A DNA stretch of 64,000 nt from an uncultured delta proteobacterium (GCA_963787125.1 CAWBBV010000001.1:512001-576000); one strand, 5' to 3'. Shown: positions 29,869-40,254, counted from the first letter of the stretch. Numbers and translations are program-made. The notes: generated by a model from the sequence alone, not told the origin.

Positions 29869-30609
29869 CTATTTTTTCCGGAAACAGTGCAGGAACTCAC
29901 TCCGGGAAAGCTCTTTCTTCCTCACCAGATGCTCCACACTCCTGCTCATGGCCATCCGCTCCCCTTCCTTGGTAACATCCTTTAACAGGACAAAAAACGG
30001 GATATTGCGTGTTTGCGGATACAGTTTCAAGCGCTCCTGAAATTCGAAAGCAGAGCTGTCAGGCAGCATGAACGAGGTAAACAGCAGATAGGGATGAGTT
30101 GTTGTTGCAATAGCTACGCCCTCTTTTGCCGAGTAGGCATTAATCAGGGAAAAACCGAGTTCGGTTATCGCCTTTGCCAAAGGTTCGTCGCCTTTACGGG
30201 TGACCAGCATAACCTGAAGATCATACTCGTCAGCTTCATCAGTCAGCTTCATGACCGCCAGCTTTTCTGCCAGGTGATCCTTGTTGACCGGCGTGAGGAA
30301 AAAACCGGCAACCGGAAATGCACCGCCGATTCTGCCTGTTTCACTCAAAAAAACCGGGAGCACCGGTATGTCCCGGGTTTTTGGATTACTCTTCAGTATT
30401 GCCAAAAGTCCCCAGCCGTCGACGGAATGGGGCGATATGTCAAGGATAATTCCTAAGGGGCGTGAGTCAGACAGCTCTTCCGGTTTGGCGGTACGTGCCC
30501 AGTAGTCAGCCTCTGCCAGGTAGCTGCAGACAACAGCCCCTCTTTCTACCCGGTCACCAAGACCCATAATCCAGAGTTCGCGTTCCAGTTCGTTGCTTGT
30601 CATCAGCAT
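29869..30609 (-). CDS. Receiver-domain protein with two degenerate REC domains
   Basis: IILDI...DGWGLL..LKSNPKTRDIPV and a second REC-like unit FMLPD...TRNIPF. Confidence 0.7.
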   Translation of the reverse strand: MLMTSNELERELWIMGLGDRVERGAVVCSYLAEADYWARTAKPEELSDSRPLGIILDISPHSVDGWGLLAILKSNPKTRDIPVLPVFLSETGRIGGAFPVAGFFLTPVNKDHLAEKLAVMKLTDEADEYDLQVMLVTRKGDEPLAKAITELGFSLINAYSAKEGVAIATTTHPYLLFTSFMLPDSSAFEFQERLKLYPQTRNIPFFVLLKDVTKEGERMAMSRSVEHLVRKKELSRSEFLHCFRKK

Positions 30610-30760
30610 CACCTGTAAATAATGATAGAAAGTAGGGAAGTCCCTTGCGGGGATACGAGAGTGATAACATATTTTCAGAGAATGGCAATAATACTTTAAT
30701 CTTTTTGGCCACGCGGTATAATCAGCAAAAAGAAATCCGCAGGGTGGAGAGGAGGCTATC

Positions 30761-31867
30761 ATGAAGGGCACGGTTTACTTTTCGGATATGAGGGCAGGGC
30801 ACAAGGAAAATTTTTTCGACAAGATCTCGAAGCTGCTTGCCAGTTGCGACCTCGGAAATATCATCCAGGCAGGGGATCTGACCGCCGTTAAACTTCATTT
30901 CGGTGAAAAAGGGAATCATGCCTTTATCAGGCCGGTCTTTATACGCAGAATTGTCGAAGAGATCAAAAAAGCCGGGGGCAGACCTTTTTTAACTGACTCT
31001 TCGACCCTTTACCCCGGGGAAAGAAAAGAGGCTGTCTCCGCACTGCAGTGCGCCATCGAGAACGGCTTTGCCTACGCCGTTGTCAATGCCCCGCTGATCA
31101 TGTGCGACGGCATCAAGGGGCAGAACTCGGTTAAGGTTGCAGTCGCCGGAGAACTGCTGCAGAGTGTCAGCATTGGCGCTGAAATTGTCGAGGCTGATGC
31201 TCTTGTTACCGTATCCCACTTCAAATGTCACGAGTTGACCGGGTTTGGCGGAGCGCTTAAAAATCTGGGCATGGGCTGTTCAAGCCGCGCCGGCAAGATG
31301 CAGCAACACTCAACAGTTGCCCCGAAAGTAGCTGAAAAGTTTTGTAACGGCTGTAGCGTCTGCCTGAAATCCTGTGCTCACGCAGCGATTGCCGTTATTG
31401 AAGGAAAGGCAAAAATCGACCCCGACGCTTGTGTTGGCTGCAGTCGCTGCATCACCGCCTGCGCGCAAAAAGCGATCAATGTGCAGTGGAATGAAAGCTC
31501 GGCCCTGGTGATGAAAAAAATGGCTGAATATGCAAGCGGAGCTGTTGCCAATAAAAACGGCAAAACGGTCTTTTTGAATTTCATAACCCAGGTTTCTCCA
31601 GCCTGTGACTGTTATGGTCACGCTGATGCTCCCATTGTCAACGATATCGGTATCTGTGCCTCCACCGATCCGGTTGCCCTCGATCAGGCCTGTGCCGACC
31701 TTGTCAATGGCGCAGTGGGGAATCAGCAGACGGCTCTAGGGAGTGGTCATGAACCGGGCGGCGACAAGTTTCGTGGCGTACACCCTGAAATTGAGTGGGA
31801 AGTCCAGCTGGAACATGCTCAAAAGATGGGAATTGGCTGTAGAGAGTATGCGCTGGTGAAGATCTAG
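30761..31867 (+). CDS. DUF362 domain Fe-S protein with 2x4Fe-4S ferredoxin insert
   Basis: AVKLHFGE, SHFKCH, GGALKNLGMG, CNGCSVC/CVGCSRC, CDC, DPVALD. Confidence 0.9.
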   Translation: MKGTVYFSDMRAGHKENFFDKISKLLASCDLGNIIQAGDLTAVKLHFGEKGNHAFIRPVFIRRIVEEIKKAGGRPFLTDSSTLYPGERKEAVSALQCAIENGFAYAVVNAPLIMCDGIKGQNSVKVAVAGELLQSVSIGAEIVEADALVTVSHFKCHELTGFGGALKNLGMGCSSRAGKMQQHSTVAPKVAEKFCNGCSVCLKSCAHAAIAVIEGKAKIDPDACVGCSRCITACAQKAINVQWNESSALVMKKMAEYASGAVANKNGKTVFLNFITQVSPACDCYGHADAPIVNDIGICASTDPVALDQACADLVNGAVGNQQTALGSGHEPGGDKFRGVHPEIEWEVQLEHAQKMGIGCREYALVKI

Positions 31868-31885
31868 GCGGCAACCTCTTCGCTA

Positions 31886-33373
31886 TTAAACATCATGGAG
31901 TTCGATGGTGAAGATGCTTCCCCCGCCGGGAGCATCTTCAACCCAGACTCTGCCGTTGTGGAGCCGGGCAATCTTTTTTACCGTAGCAAGACCGATGCCT
32001 GTGCCTGAGACCTTTTTACCGGTAGACCCCCGGTAGAAAAGCTCAAAAATCCGCTCTTTCTCTGCATCGGGAACTCCGGGGCCATGATCCCTGACAGCCA
32101 GCCAGGCGGTTGAGCCGTCCCGCCCGCCCGAAACCTCGACCGGTTCACCGCCTGCATACCGCAGCGCATTGCCGATAAGATTGTCGAGAATCTGAATGAA
32201 AAGGGTTCTTGACAACATCATCTCCGGGAGAGCTGAAGTGGTCAGTACTGCTTCATCAGCAAAGCCGGCGGCAAACCGGAGCAGAATGTCCTTCAGCACC
32301 TCCTCTCCGGAAACAGGCGCGGATGGCGGTTCAACTTTGCCAAGCGTTGCCAGGGAGAGCAGATCCTCAAGCATCAGATGCATCCTTTCCCCCTGCTTCA
32401 TGACCTCATCAAGCATCTCATTGACAGCAGGCGGCAAATCAGCGCCATACTGTTCCTGAATAAACTGAACATAGCCGAGAATCGGGGTTAACGGTGATCT
32501 CAGGTCGTGGGAGACGGTATGAACAAAGGCGTCAAGCTCCCGGTTTGCCTGCAGCAGCTTCTCTTCCAGAGCTTTTCTCAGACTTATATCCTGTACCAGG
32601 GCAATGGCATAGGCCGGGCGACCGTCTCCGCCGATAACGCAGGCAACCGAGACATGCCCCCAGACAATAGTGCCGTCTTTACGAATATAACGTCTTTCAC
32701 AGTCGATTGAGTCTGTTTTGAAAGCAAAGAGCTCATCGTACATGGAGGTGATTTTCTCGGTGTCGTGGGGGTGGGTGATATCAAGGATGTTCTTGCCGAT
32801 CAACTCCACTTCACTGTAGTCGGTAAAGGTGCAAAAGGCAGGATTCACCTGTACGATATTGTGAAATGGTGAGATCACCACCAACCCTGCAGCAGCTGTC
32901 TGAAAGATGGAGCGGAAGCGCTCTTCACTCTCTTTCAGCGCGTCCTCGGTAAGTCTCTGTCTGACGACATAACCCCACTGGCGCAGGGCCTTGTAAATAA
33001 CCTTGGGAACATTGGCAAGGGATTCGGGGGTTTTCAGCAGGTAGTCGAAGGCTCCGGCTTTGATGGCGTCAACGACCTCAATCTCGTTGCCGACATCTGC
33101 GGTAAGAATAATCGGGAAATGAGCGCTGTTCTTGTCAAATGGCAGCAGCACGGTCCCTCTGCCGTCAGGGAGCAGCAGGTCGGCAATAACCAGGTCAGGC
33201 GTGTTCTCATCAAGCCATCGCCTGGCTTCAGCTATCGTCGTCGCCAGATGGAAAGAAAAACCTGTTTCAGAGGCGGCAAGCGACTCACGGATCAGGCTGA
33301 CTGTACCTGCTGAATCCTGAACCAGCAGCAAAGATATCGGTCTGCTAATGTGAGTGTCGGCTGATATCAGCAT
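31886..33373 (-). CDS. REC-PAS-histidine kinase
   Basis: N-terminal REC, PAS/PAC, VSHDLRSPL, NLIGNA, GTGIGL. Confidence 0.92.
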   Translation of the reverse strand: MLISADTHISRPISLLLVQDSAGTVSLIRESLAASETGFSFHLATTIAEARRWLDENTPDLVIADLLLPDGRGTVLLPFDKNSAHFPIILTADVGNEIEVVDAIKAGAFDYLLKTPESLANVPKVIYKALRQWGYVVRQRLTEDALKESEERFRSIFQTAAAGLVVISPFHNIVQVNPAFCTFTDYSEVELIGKNILDITHPHDTEKITSMYDELFAFKTDSIDCERRYIRKDGTIVWGHVSVACVIGGDGRPAYAIALVQDISLRKALEEKLLQANRELDAFVHTVSHDLRSPLTPILGYVQFIQEQYGADLPPAVNEMLDEVMKQGERMHLMLEDLLSLATLGKVEPPSAPVSGEEVLKDILLRFAAGFADEAVLTTSALPEMMLSRTLFIQILDNLIGNALRYAGGEPVEVSGGRDGSTAWLAVRDHGPGVPDAEKERIFELFYRGSTGKKVSGTGIGLATVKKIARLHNGRVWVEDAPGGGSIFTIELHDV

Positions 33374-33527
33374 AAAGAAATGACCCTGTGTTATCTCGAC
33401 CTTGAAAATTTACCAGATTTACTTCAAGATAGATTTTCCCGGAGAATAACATAACCTAATCCTGATAAACAGAATAAGTGCATTAAAGAAGTTTTTACTA
33501 AACCCACTTCATGACAAAAGATAACCG

Positions 33528-33962
33528 ATGAATCTTAAACAGCACCTGACAGCAACTGCCCTGGTAGCAGTCCCCCTTCTGGCCTGCAGCAGCAGCCTGG
33601 AGACTGCTGTCTTTTGCACTGGCAGCATCCTGATAGATGTTGACCACCAGATATTTTATTTTATCAGAACCGGCAGACTTGATATCTCAGGCATGTTCCG
33701 TTATTTCAGAGAGGATGTTGACGAACATCTTTACTCCATTCCCTACCTCGGGGTGTGCATTTTTCACACCATTGAATTTTTTCTGCTCGTTGGGCTGCTT
33801 TCGCTTTTTTACCCTCTGTTCCACTATCTCCTCGCCGGACTCGTCTTTCATATCTGCCTTGACATCTATGATATGGTCCGCCTCAAAGTCCCGTTCATCC
33901 GCGCCTACTCTTTGATCGAGCACCTGTTCCGCAGGCGGATGAAAGGGTATCCGTTTGTTTGA
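33528..33962 (+). CDS. Hypothetical membrane protein (possible YdjM/LexA-binding-type metal hydrolase)
   Basis: Hydrophobic; QH, IDVDH, FHTIE, FHICLD metal-ligand-like motifs. Confidence 0.6.
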   Translation: MNLKQHLTATALVAVPLLACSSSLETAVFCTGSILIDVDHQIFYFIRTGRLDISGMFRYFREDVDEHLYSIPYLGVCIFHTIEFFLLVGLLSLFYPLFHYLLAGLVFHICLDIYDMVRLKVPFIRAYSLIEHLFRRRMKGYPFV

Positions 33963-34212
33963 AACCGGCAGCAGCTCTGCTCGCTGTTGAAGTATTTAAT
34001 GCTGGAGGTGCGGCCAGCAGCGGCTTGATAAACCGTTCGAAGGTGGCCTGTTGTTTGTCTGTCAGCAGGTCGAAGTTCCCTTCATTGTCGAGTAGAAAAG
34101 TGCCGACACCAATGACCGTTTTTGCCAGATAGCCGGTATCGCGAACACTCTTTTCAATTTCAGCGGACCGCCTGCTCAAAAGAAACCGCAGCTTGTTCAG
34201 GTCTATTTTCAT
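33895..34212 (-). CDS. Hypothetical protein
   Basis: GGGAG RBS; protein-like N-terminal ~65 aa; tail overlaps the convergent gene by 68 nt. Confidence 0.65.
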   Translation of the reverse strand: MKIDLNKLRFLLSRRSAEIEKSVRDTGYLAKTVIGVGTFLLDNEGNFDLLTDKQQATFERFIKPLLAAPPALNTSTASRAAAGFKQTDTLSSACGTGARSKSRRG

Positions 34213-34283
34213 ATCTGTCTGCTCCCGTAATGTTAAAATGAGTTATTGCCGCGATAGTGAAGGCTATTGCTGGTGGCGAGGAG

Positions 34284-34655
34284 TTAATCGTCCCAGTTGC
34301 CCGATTCCCAGCGCTCAATCGCCATGCCGGCCCGAAAGCCGAGCAGCCCCGGTTCTGCTGCCAGCCGGCGCAGGGTCGCCAGGCAGTGGCTGCTGTTATG
34401 GCGCAGCGAGTAAACCGCCGCCATGCCGGCTACAACCGGGTCACTACTGTCGACCAGGGCCTGCAGTCTTTCCAGCCCTTGCTCTCCGCAGCCTGCCACT
34501 GCTTCATAAAGACCGGCAATCATCCGGGCCTGGCTTTCGGCGCGCTCTGCTGCCAGTGACTCCAGTGCAGCGTGATGTGCCTGAGCCGCAAAGGCGAAAC
34601 GCTGCAGCAGCCGCTGCAACCGGGGATCAGCCGAACCGCTTTCAGGGAGTGTCAT
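34284..34655 (-). CDS. Hypothetical alpha-helical (HEAT-like/DUF2019-like) protein
   Basis: LQALVDSSDPVVAGMAA...GLLGFRA...WESG. Confidence 0.6.
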   Translation of the reverse strand: MTLPESGSADPRLQRLLQRFAFAAQAHHAALESLAAERAESQARMIAGLYEAVAGCGEQGLERLQALVDSSDPVVAGMAAVYSLRHNSSHCLATLRRLAAEPGLLGFRAGMAIERWESGNWDD

Positions 34656-34685
34656 TAATCAGCCTTCTGTCCGGAGCGGTTTAAT

Positions 34686-34907
34686 TTAAAGTTCCTCGCT
34701 TAACGTAAAACGCGGCACTTCTTTCCCATCAACATGGACCGTTTCTGTGAACATTGCCAGCGGTCGTACCCAGAGTGAGTTGTTGTCATAGGTGCAGCGA
34801 TATACCACCAGCAGTTCATCGGACTCGCTATGCCGTGCCGTGCCGATCACCCGGTATTCGCCCCCCTTGTAGTGCCGGTATTGACCCGGAGTTACAGCTT
34901 CCTGCAT
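34686..34907 (-). CDS. DUF1653 domain protein
   Basis: YRHYKGG.Y.V...ARHSE...VVYR...WVRP..MF...RF. Confidence 0.92.
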   Translation of the reverse strand: MQEAVTPGQYRHYKGGEYRVIGTARHSESDELLVVYRCTYDNNSLWVRPLAMFTETVHVDGKEVPRFTLSEEL

Positions 34908-34923
34908 AAACGCTCCTTGCTTG

Positions 34924-35877
34924 TCACTGTTGCCAGTCTTTGCTGCGAGTCATGCTTTGATCCGCCTCTACCTCGGCCAGCAGTTCCAGATAAGTGGCGT
35001 AGCGCCCGGCCGGGATCTCTCCCTGCTCTACCAGCTTGATAACAGCGCAGCCCGGTTCAGTCCGGTGCCGGCAGTTGCGGAAGCGGCAGCTCGTGTCGCC
35101 ATGTTCTTCGAAACCGGGAAAGTGGCTGGAAAGTTCCTCCGCCAGGATGTCAACCAGACCGAAATCCCGGAAACCGGGGGTGTCGACCAGTTCGCCCCCT
35201 CCTGACAGGGCATGCAGTGTCGAGACGGTGGTAGTGTGTCGGCCCAGGCCGCTCTGCGCGCTGATCTTGCCCACTTTGAGATCGATTTCCGGGCAGAGAG
35301 CATTCAGCAGCGAGCTTTTACCGACGCCGCTGGAGCCGACAAAAACCCCCCGGTGCCCCTCGTGCAGAAAAGCCTGCAACGGCTCCAGTCCGGTTCTGCT
35401 CTTGGCGCTGATGGCAAAGACTGGTACCGAGCCGGCATAGATTCTGCTCAGATTGGCGAGCAGGGGGGCTGTGTCATCAATATCACACTTGTTGACTACT
35501 ATGAACGGTTGCAACTTTGCCACCCTGGCCGCAACAATGGCCCGATCAATGAATCCGGCCAACGAATTCAGTGCCACGACAATGCCGAGAACATCCAGAT
35601 TAGCCGCAACCAGGTGGATACCGCCCCGGGCATCGCGCCGCCTGAGCTCTGTCCGCCGGGGCAGACGTCGCAGCAGTTCTCCCGCGACCTCCACATCATC
35701 GCCGACAACGTGTCCGGAATTCCGCTTGACCCTCACCATCCGGCGTTTGCCGGTTGTAAAGACAACCTCGACCTCAACACCGTAGTGGGAGGATATCAAC
35801 CCCTGGCACGTCTGGTCGGAATCGGTGGCAGCCGTTCTGATAGCGGTGCGGTCGTTGCTGCTACGATCCCTTTTCAT
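34924..35877 (-). CDS. rsgA: Ribosome small subunit-dependent GTPase A
   Basis: Circularly permuted NKCD, GSSGVGKSS, GRHTT, DTPG; CRFRNCRH..EPGC zinc finger. Confidence 0.93.
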   Translation of the reverse strand: MKRDRSSNDRTAIRTAATDSDQTCQGLISSHYGVEVEVVFTTGKRRMVRVKRNSGHVVGDDVEVAGELLRRLPRRTELRRRDARGGIHLVAANLDVLGIVVALNSLAGFIDRAIVAARVAKLQPFIVVNKCDIDDTAPLLANLSRIYAGSVPVFAISAKSRTGLEPLQAFLHEGHRGVFVGSSGVGKSSLLNALCPEIDLKVGKISAQSGLGRHTTTVSTLHALSGGGELVDTPGFRDFGLVDILAEELSSHFPGFEEHGDTSCRFRNCRHRTEPGCAVIKLVEQGEIPAGRYATYLELLAEVEADQSMTRSKDWQQ

Positions 35878-36155
35878 ATAAATATCACCAGGCCGAAAGC
35901 TGACAGGTGTTCGACAGCTGCTGCAAATATGCTCAAAAAATCCACGGAGGCGTTTTCCTTTTAGTTAAGACACTACGCAAAATAACACGTTACGGTTATG
36001 GGAGCAATTATTTCGCTTTTGTGTAAGGCTCATGGCATGTGGCTCGTCATGAAAGCGGGTTTTTTAAAGCCCGGATTTTAAAGCGGGAGTATAATGAAAA
36101 TAGAGATAGCAGCTTCATCAATAAGGGCCTGACAAAAGGCAGGGAGGTGGCAACC

Positions 36156-36317
36156 ATGAAAGCAATGACAACCAGAACAATGATGCCGCGCCGCCGGATG
36201 AGCGCAGCCATGAGAGCGTTGACAAGCAGAAAGCTCCGGATGACTCCGAACCGCAATGTTCATGTCATCACCCCTCACGGGAAATTGATGCTTGGGCGCA
36301 AGGGACGTAAAGTGTAA
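36156..36317 (+). CDS. Small highly basic hypothetical protein (53 aa)
   Basis: Strong GGGAGG RBS; MKAMTTRTMMPRRRMS...GRKGRKV; downstream hairpin. Confidence 0.6.
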   Translation: MKAMTTRTMMPRRRMSAAMRALTSRKLRMTPNRNVHVITPHGKLMLGRKGRKV

Positions 36318-36397
36318 ACCAGCGGTTACCTGCACCGGTATCCGGATTGCTGGCGCCAGTCGGGTTGGCCTGTGTGCCGGAGTGGCAGCGCTACAGA

Positions 36398-36432
36398 AAC
36401 AGGAAAGGCGGCCGATGGTCGCCTTTCCTGTT
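36398..36432 (+). terminator. Stem-loop after the small basic ORF
   Basis: aacaggaaaggcg...cgcctttcctgtt, 13-bp stem. Confidence 0.6.
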
Positions 36433-36591
36433 GCAATTCTCTGCTCCCGCGTCTCCCGGGAAATAGCCGGTAGTATCGATGAATACGATTAACAGAATTG
36501 TGATTATTGAAATTATCAATTTGACCTTACCCTGGCGACCTGTTAATAATCCGTCCATTCATTAAAATAGCACCATTCTAGGCCCGGGAAC

Positions 36592-37387
36592 ATGGCAGGA
36601 GACTTTATTAAACTGGCCGGCATTGATATCGGATCGAGAAGTATCGAGTTCGTGCTCCTTGATAGTGAACGTAATGCGGTTATAGACCGCTTTCAGGCGG
36701 AGACATCCATCGACCTCTCCGCGCAATTGCGCCTGATCAAAGAACGTTATGCGTGGGATCATCTCATCTCCACCGGTTATGGCCGCCAGCTCTCCCAAAA
36801 GGTGCTGGGTGGTGCGGTCATTACCGAAATCAAGGCCTACTCCACCTCGGCCCATCATTTCCATCCGGACATTGACACCGTTATTGATCTCGGCGGCCAG
36901 GATACCAAGGCGTTGTCAATCAATCGAAACAACGGCCAGCTGCAGAAATTCGAGATGAACGATAAATGTTCAGCCGGTACGGGCAAATTTTTTGAAATGA
37001 TGGCCGGCTCATTGGGACTCAGTCTGGATGAACTGGTGACTGCAGCGCTCCGGGGGAGCAAAACGATCGAGATCAACAGTACCTGTACCGTTTTTGCGGA
37101 ATCGGAAGTGATCTCGCTCTTAACCTCGGGAATTGCCCTGGCAGATATCGCCCGGGCGATCCATGAAGCGTTGTTGATAAAACTGGTCTCCCTGCTGTCA
37201 AAAGTAATGCGGTCCGACACGGCAGAGATCCTTTTTGTCGGCGGCGGCGCGAAGAACAGCGCCTTGGTGCAGTTTCTTGCCGAAGCACTGAATCGTCCAG
37301 GTGATCGTCCCGGAATTTCCCGATTTCTACGGCGCCTATGGCGCTGCCATTCACGCAAAAACTTTAACTAACCAGGAGAACAGATGA
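36592..37387 (+). pseudogene. ATP-dependent activator (HgdC/BcrAD/DCCP-R type ASKHA ATPase), +1 frameshift near 37300
   Basis: GIDIGS, STGYGR, DLGGQDTK, MNDKCSAGTG, STCTVFAESE; the conserved tail VIVPEFPDFYGAYGAA is in the +1 frame. Confidence 0.8.
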
Positions 37388-38534
37388 CCCCGCTATTTAA
37401 TGATGATTTTCAGGATTTTCCTCTCAAACGCGCCCTGGCGCAGGTTGTCAAAAAAAGAGAGGCCGGCGCCAAGGTTATCGGCGCCTACTGCTCCTATGCA
37501 CCGGTTGAACTCATCTGGGCCATGGGTGGTGTTCCGGCGGTGCTGTGCGCATTTTCCAACGCACCGATTGCCAAGGCTGAAGAGACACTGCCCGTCAATC
37601 TCTGCCCGCTGATCAAGTCCAGCTTCGGTTTTATCGAACTGAAAACCTGCCCGTTCTTTGAACTGACCGATGCGGTCGTCGGCGAGACCACCTGTGACGG
37701 CAAGAAGAAGATGTTCGAGCTGATTGAACAACATCGGCCGCTCTACGTCATGGATCTCCCCCAGTGTCCGACCAATGAAGGGGCGGTTACTTACTGGCGT
37801 CATTCCGTCAACGGCTTCAAAAATTTCCTTGAAGTGACGTTTGCCACCACTCATTTCCAACGATGCTGCCCTGGAAGAGAGCATCAAGGACTGCAACCGT
37901 AAAAACCGTCTGGTAGAAAAGATTTTCGCCTTCGGCGCCTGCAAGCCTCAGTCATCACCTGGCAGGAGATGTACGCCGTTGCGACCTATGCCATGGCCAC
38001 CAACGGTGCCGAGGCCGGTGCGAAACTTGAGGAAATCATTGCCACGCTTTCGGCACGGAAAGAGCAGAAGGTCTTCACCGTCAAAGGAGAGTGCCAAAAG
38101 AGTTCTGATCACCGGCTGCCCGGTTGGCGGCGATGTTCTCAAGGTGTTGAAGACTTGTCGATGAAGAGGGTGCTGTTATTGTCGGCCTCGATTCCTGCAC
38201 CGGTCTCAAGCCGTATGTCGGCGCCATTGAGGAAGGGAGCGGCGATCCGCTGCTGGCGATAGCAAAACGGTATCTGCAGATCCCCTGCGCCTGTATGACC
38301 CCGAACACCGGTCGTTTTGCGGCGCTGAAAAGCCAGGTAGACTCACTCAAGCCGGATCTGGTCATCGATCTCGTGCTGCAGTCCTGTCACACCTACAATG
38401 TCGAGGCGGTCAAGGTCGAGTCCTATGTGCGGGGGGATCTTGGCACCAACTATCTGAAAGTCGTCACCGATTTTTCCCAGCAGGATCTGGGGCAGCTAAA
38501 GACAAGAATCGCCGCAGCGCTTGAAATGGATTAG
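37384..38534 (+). pseudogene. Double-cubane-cluster reductase / 2-hydroxyacyl-CoA dehydratase family, four frameshifts
   Basis: GAYCSY, NLCPLIKSS, GETTCDGKKKM, RVLITGCP, DSCTG, PCACMTPN, CHTYNVE spread over shifting frames. Confidence 0.85.
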
Positions 38535-38604
38535 GCAGCATAGATAGCAGCTGTATCTGATCAGCACTGATCCTTGATGATGCTTGATGCTAAGCGACGG
38601 ACGT

Positions 38605-38646
38605 AAAGGCCGCTTTACCGCGAATACCGGTGGAGCGGCCTTTTTA
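38605..38646 (+). terminator. Intrinsic terminator
   Basis: aaaggccgct...agcggcctttttt. Confidence 0.85.
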
Positions 38647-38761
38647 TAGACTTAAATGATTGTCAGTTGAAATGTTGGCGAAAGGGTAGAAACCGGTAAA
38701 ACCAGGTCGAAATATTTGGTCATTTTTTGAAGATGAACTGTTATAAATCAGCTGGTTAAGT

Positions 38762-38787
38762 CAAAACTTCGGGCGCCCGAAGTTTTG
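38762..38787. repeat. Perfect 26-bp palindrome, probable terminator of the DUF445 gene
   Basis: caaaacttcgggcgcccgaagttttg is its own reverse complement. Confidence 0.75.
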
Positions 38788-38867
38788 TGTTCTTTAATGG
38801 ATAGTTTTCACCGGTTTAAGCTTAATTTGTGTGGCACATGCGGTTTCCGTCATTGTTTGAATGGCGG

Positions 38868-40130
38868 CTACGCGAGTAACAGGGCGATTGCATGCAGCAC
38901 CAGGCCGATGACACCGCCGACCAGGGTGCCGTTCATCCTGATAAACTGCAGATCGGAACCGATGCTCAGCTCGATTTCGTTGACGTAATCTTCACTCTCC
39001 CATGCCTGCACTGTGCTTGAAATGTGCCCGGCGATGGCCGTACGCAGCGTATCCCCGTAGCGCAGCACCAGTTTTTCCAGATGCTCATTCAACGATTCCT
39101 GCAACCCCCGGTTGTGCGCCAGAGCAGTGCCGAGGCCGGCAACCGCTGCTGCAATCTTCTCCTGCACTTTTGAATCTGACTTGCACAGATCGGCATTCAG
39201 CCAGTCTTTCAGATCAGTGCCGATATTCTTCGCATAATCAGTGATCGTCTGGCTATGGACGGCTTCTCGCTTGAGCGCTTCTATCTTGCCACGCAGCTCC
39301 GGATCGGATTTCAGCCTGGCACTGAAATTCGCTATTGCCGTGTCAAACGTCCCCCTGACCTCATGAGCAGGATCGGCATTAACTTCCTGGATAAAGACGT
39401 TGATCCTCTTGACTATCTTCTCACCCGCCCCTTTTGCAAACTGATCCCTGTTGGGGATAAAGGCGACGAGCAGCGGATACTCCCTGGCGCACATATCGTC
39501 AATGGCCCTGGCGAGTCTCGTCTGGGCGTCATCGGTAGCCAGCCATCCGGCAAAACGCTTGAAAAGGTCATCAAGAACGAGCTGGTGGCGATTACTTTTT
39601 GTCAGAGTATCGAGAATCGCTCCGGCTGACGAGGAGAGGTCGAAGTTGTCGATCCGGTTGCTGAGAACATTTTTGAGCAGCAGTTGCACCCGCGCATCAT
39701 CAATAAAATCAATAGAGTCGGCACAAGCGCGGGTCAGTCCCTTCGCAAGGCCGGCGGCATGCTCTTTCGACATCAGGTAAACGGCAAGATGTTCTGCCGG
39801 ATTGTACACCCGCAGCTTGGCGATCAGGGTGTCGCTGGCAAGAAACTTGTCACGGATAAATACGGCCAGATTTCCGGCAATGGCCTCCTTCTTGTTCTTG
39901 ATGATGGCCGTATGGGGGATCGGCACCCCCAGCGGGTGGCGGAACAGTGCCACCACCGCAAACCAGTCTGCCAGGGCGCCGACCATGGCCGCCTCGGCAA
40001 AAGCGGCCAGCCAGCCCCAGACCCCGACTCCCCGCTGCGAACGGGCGATCACGAATAGTATTGCTGCACCGAGCATCAATCCTGTGGCTATTCTCTTGTT
40101 TCTGATCAGTAACTGTTTTCTGTTGTCCAC
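38868..40130 (-). CDS. DUF445 family membrane protein
   Basis: EAAMVGALADWFAVVALFRHP..IPHTAII; DLQFIRMNGTLVGG. Confidence 0.93.
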   Translation of the reverse strand: MDNRKQLLIRNKRIATGLMLGAAILFVIARSQRGVGVWGWLAAFAEAAMVGALADWFAVVALFRHPLGVPIPHTAIIKNKKEAIAGNLAVFIRDKFLASDTLIAKLRVYNPAEHLAVYLMSKEHAAGLAKGLTRACADSIDFIDDARVQLLLKNVLSNRIDNFDLSSSAGAILDTLTKSNRHQLVLDDLFKRFAGWLATDDAQTRLARAIDDMCAREYPLLVAFIPNRDQFAKGAGEKIVKRINVFIQEVNADPAHEVRGTFDTAIANFSARLKSDPELRGKIEALKREAVHSQTITDYAKNIGTDLKDWLNADLCKSDSKVQEKIAAAVAGLGTALAHNRGLQESLNEHLEKLVLRYGDTLRTAIAGHISSTVQAWESEDYVNEIELSIGSDLQFIRMNGTLVGGVIGLVLHAIALLLA

Positions 40131-40183
40131 ACATTTTCTCCGGGTTTAAATTGTGCTGCTGTCGCGCTAAAAAGTTCTAAAAC

Positions 40184-40254
40184 TGCCGGATCAGAAGCCG
40201 GTCAGGTCGAGATCGGCGCGTCGCCGAGTTTTCGGCCCGACCGGTTCTGCCGAT
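40184..40254 (-). repeat. Degenerate, internally deleted copy of the DEAD-box helicase 3' end
   Basis: 40184-40219 matches 42881-42916 (32/36); 40230-40254 matches 43013-43037 (24/25). Confidence 0.85.

Noticed and set aside
33895..34020. C-terminal extension overlapping the convergent gene as a functional overlap
   Set aside because: The low-complexity tail probably reflects a lost stop codon; no evidence of function.
36497..36522. Fur box upstream of the activator gene (tgattattgaaattatca)
   Set aside because: Half-site spacing does not fit the 7-1-7 consensus; may be AT-rich promoter sequence.
38762..38787. 26-bp perfect palindrome as a mobile element end or operator
   Set aside because: Single copy between convergent genes with T-runs on both strands; a terminator is the simpler explanation.
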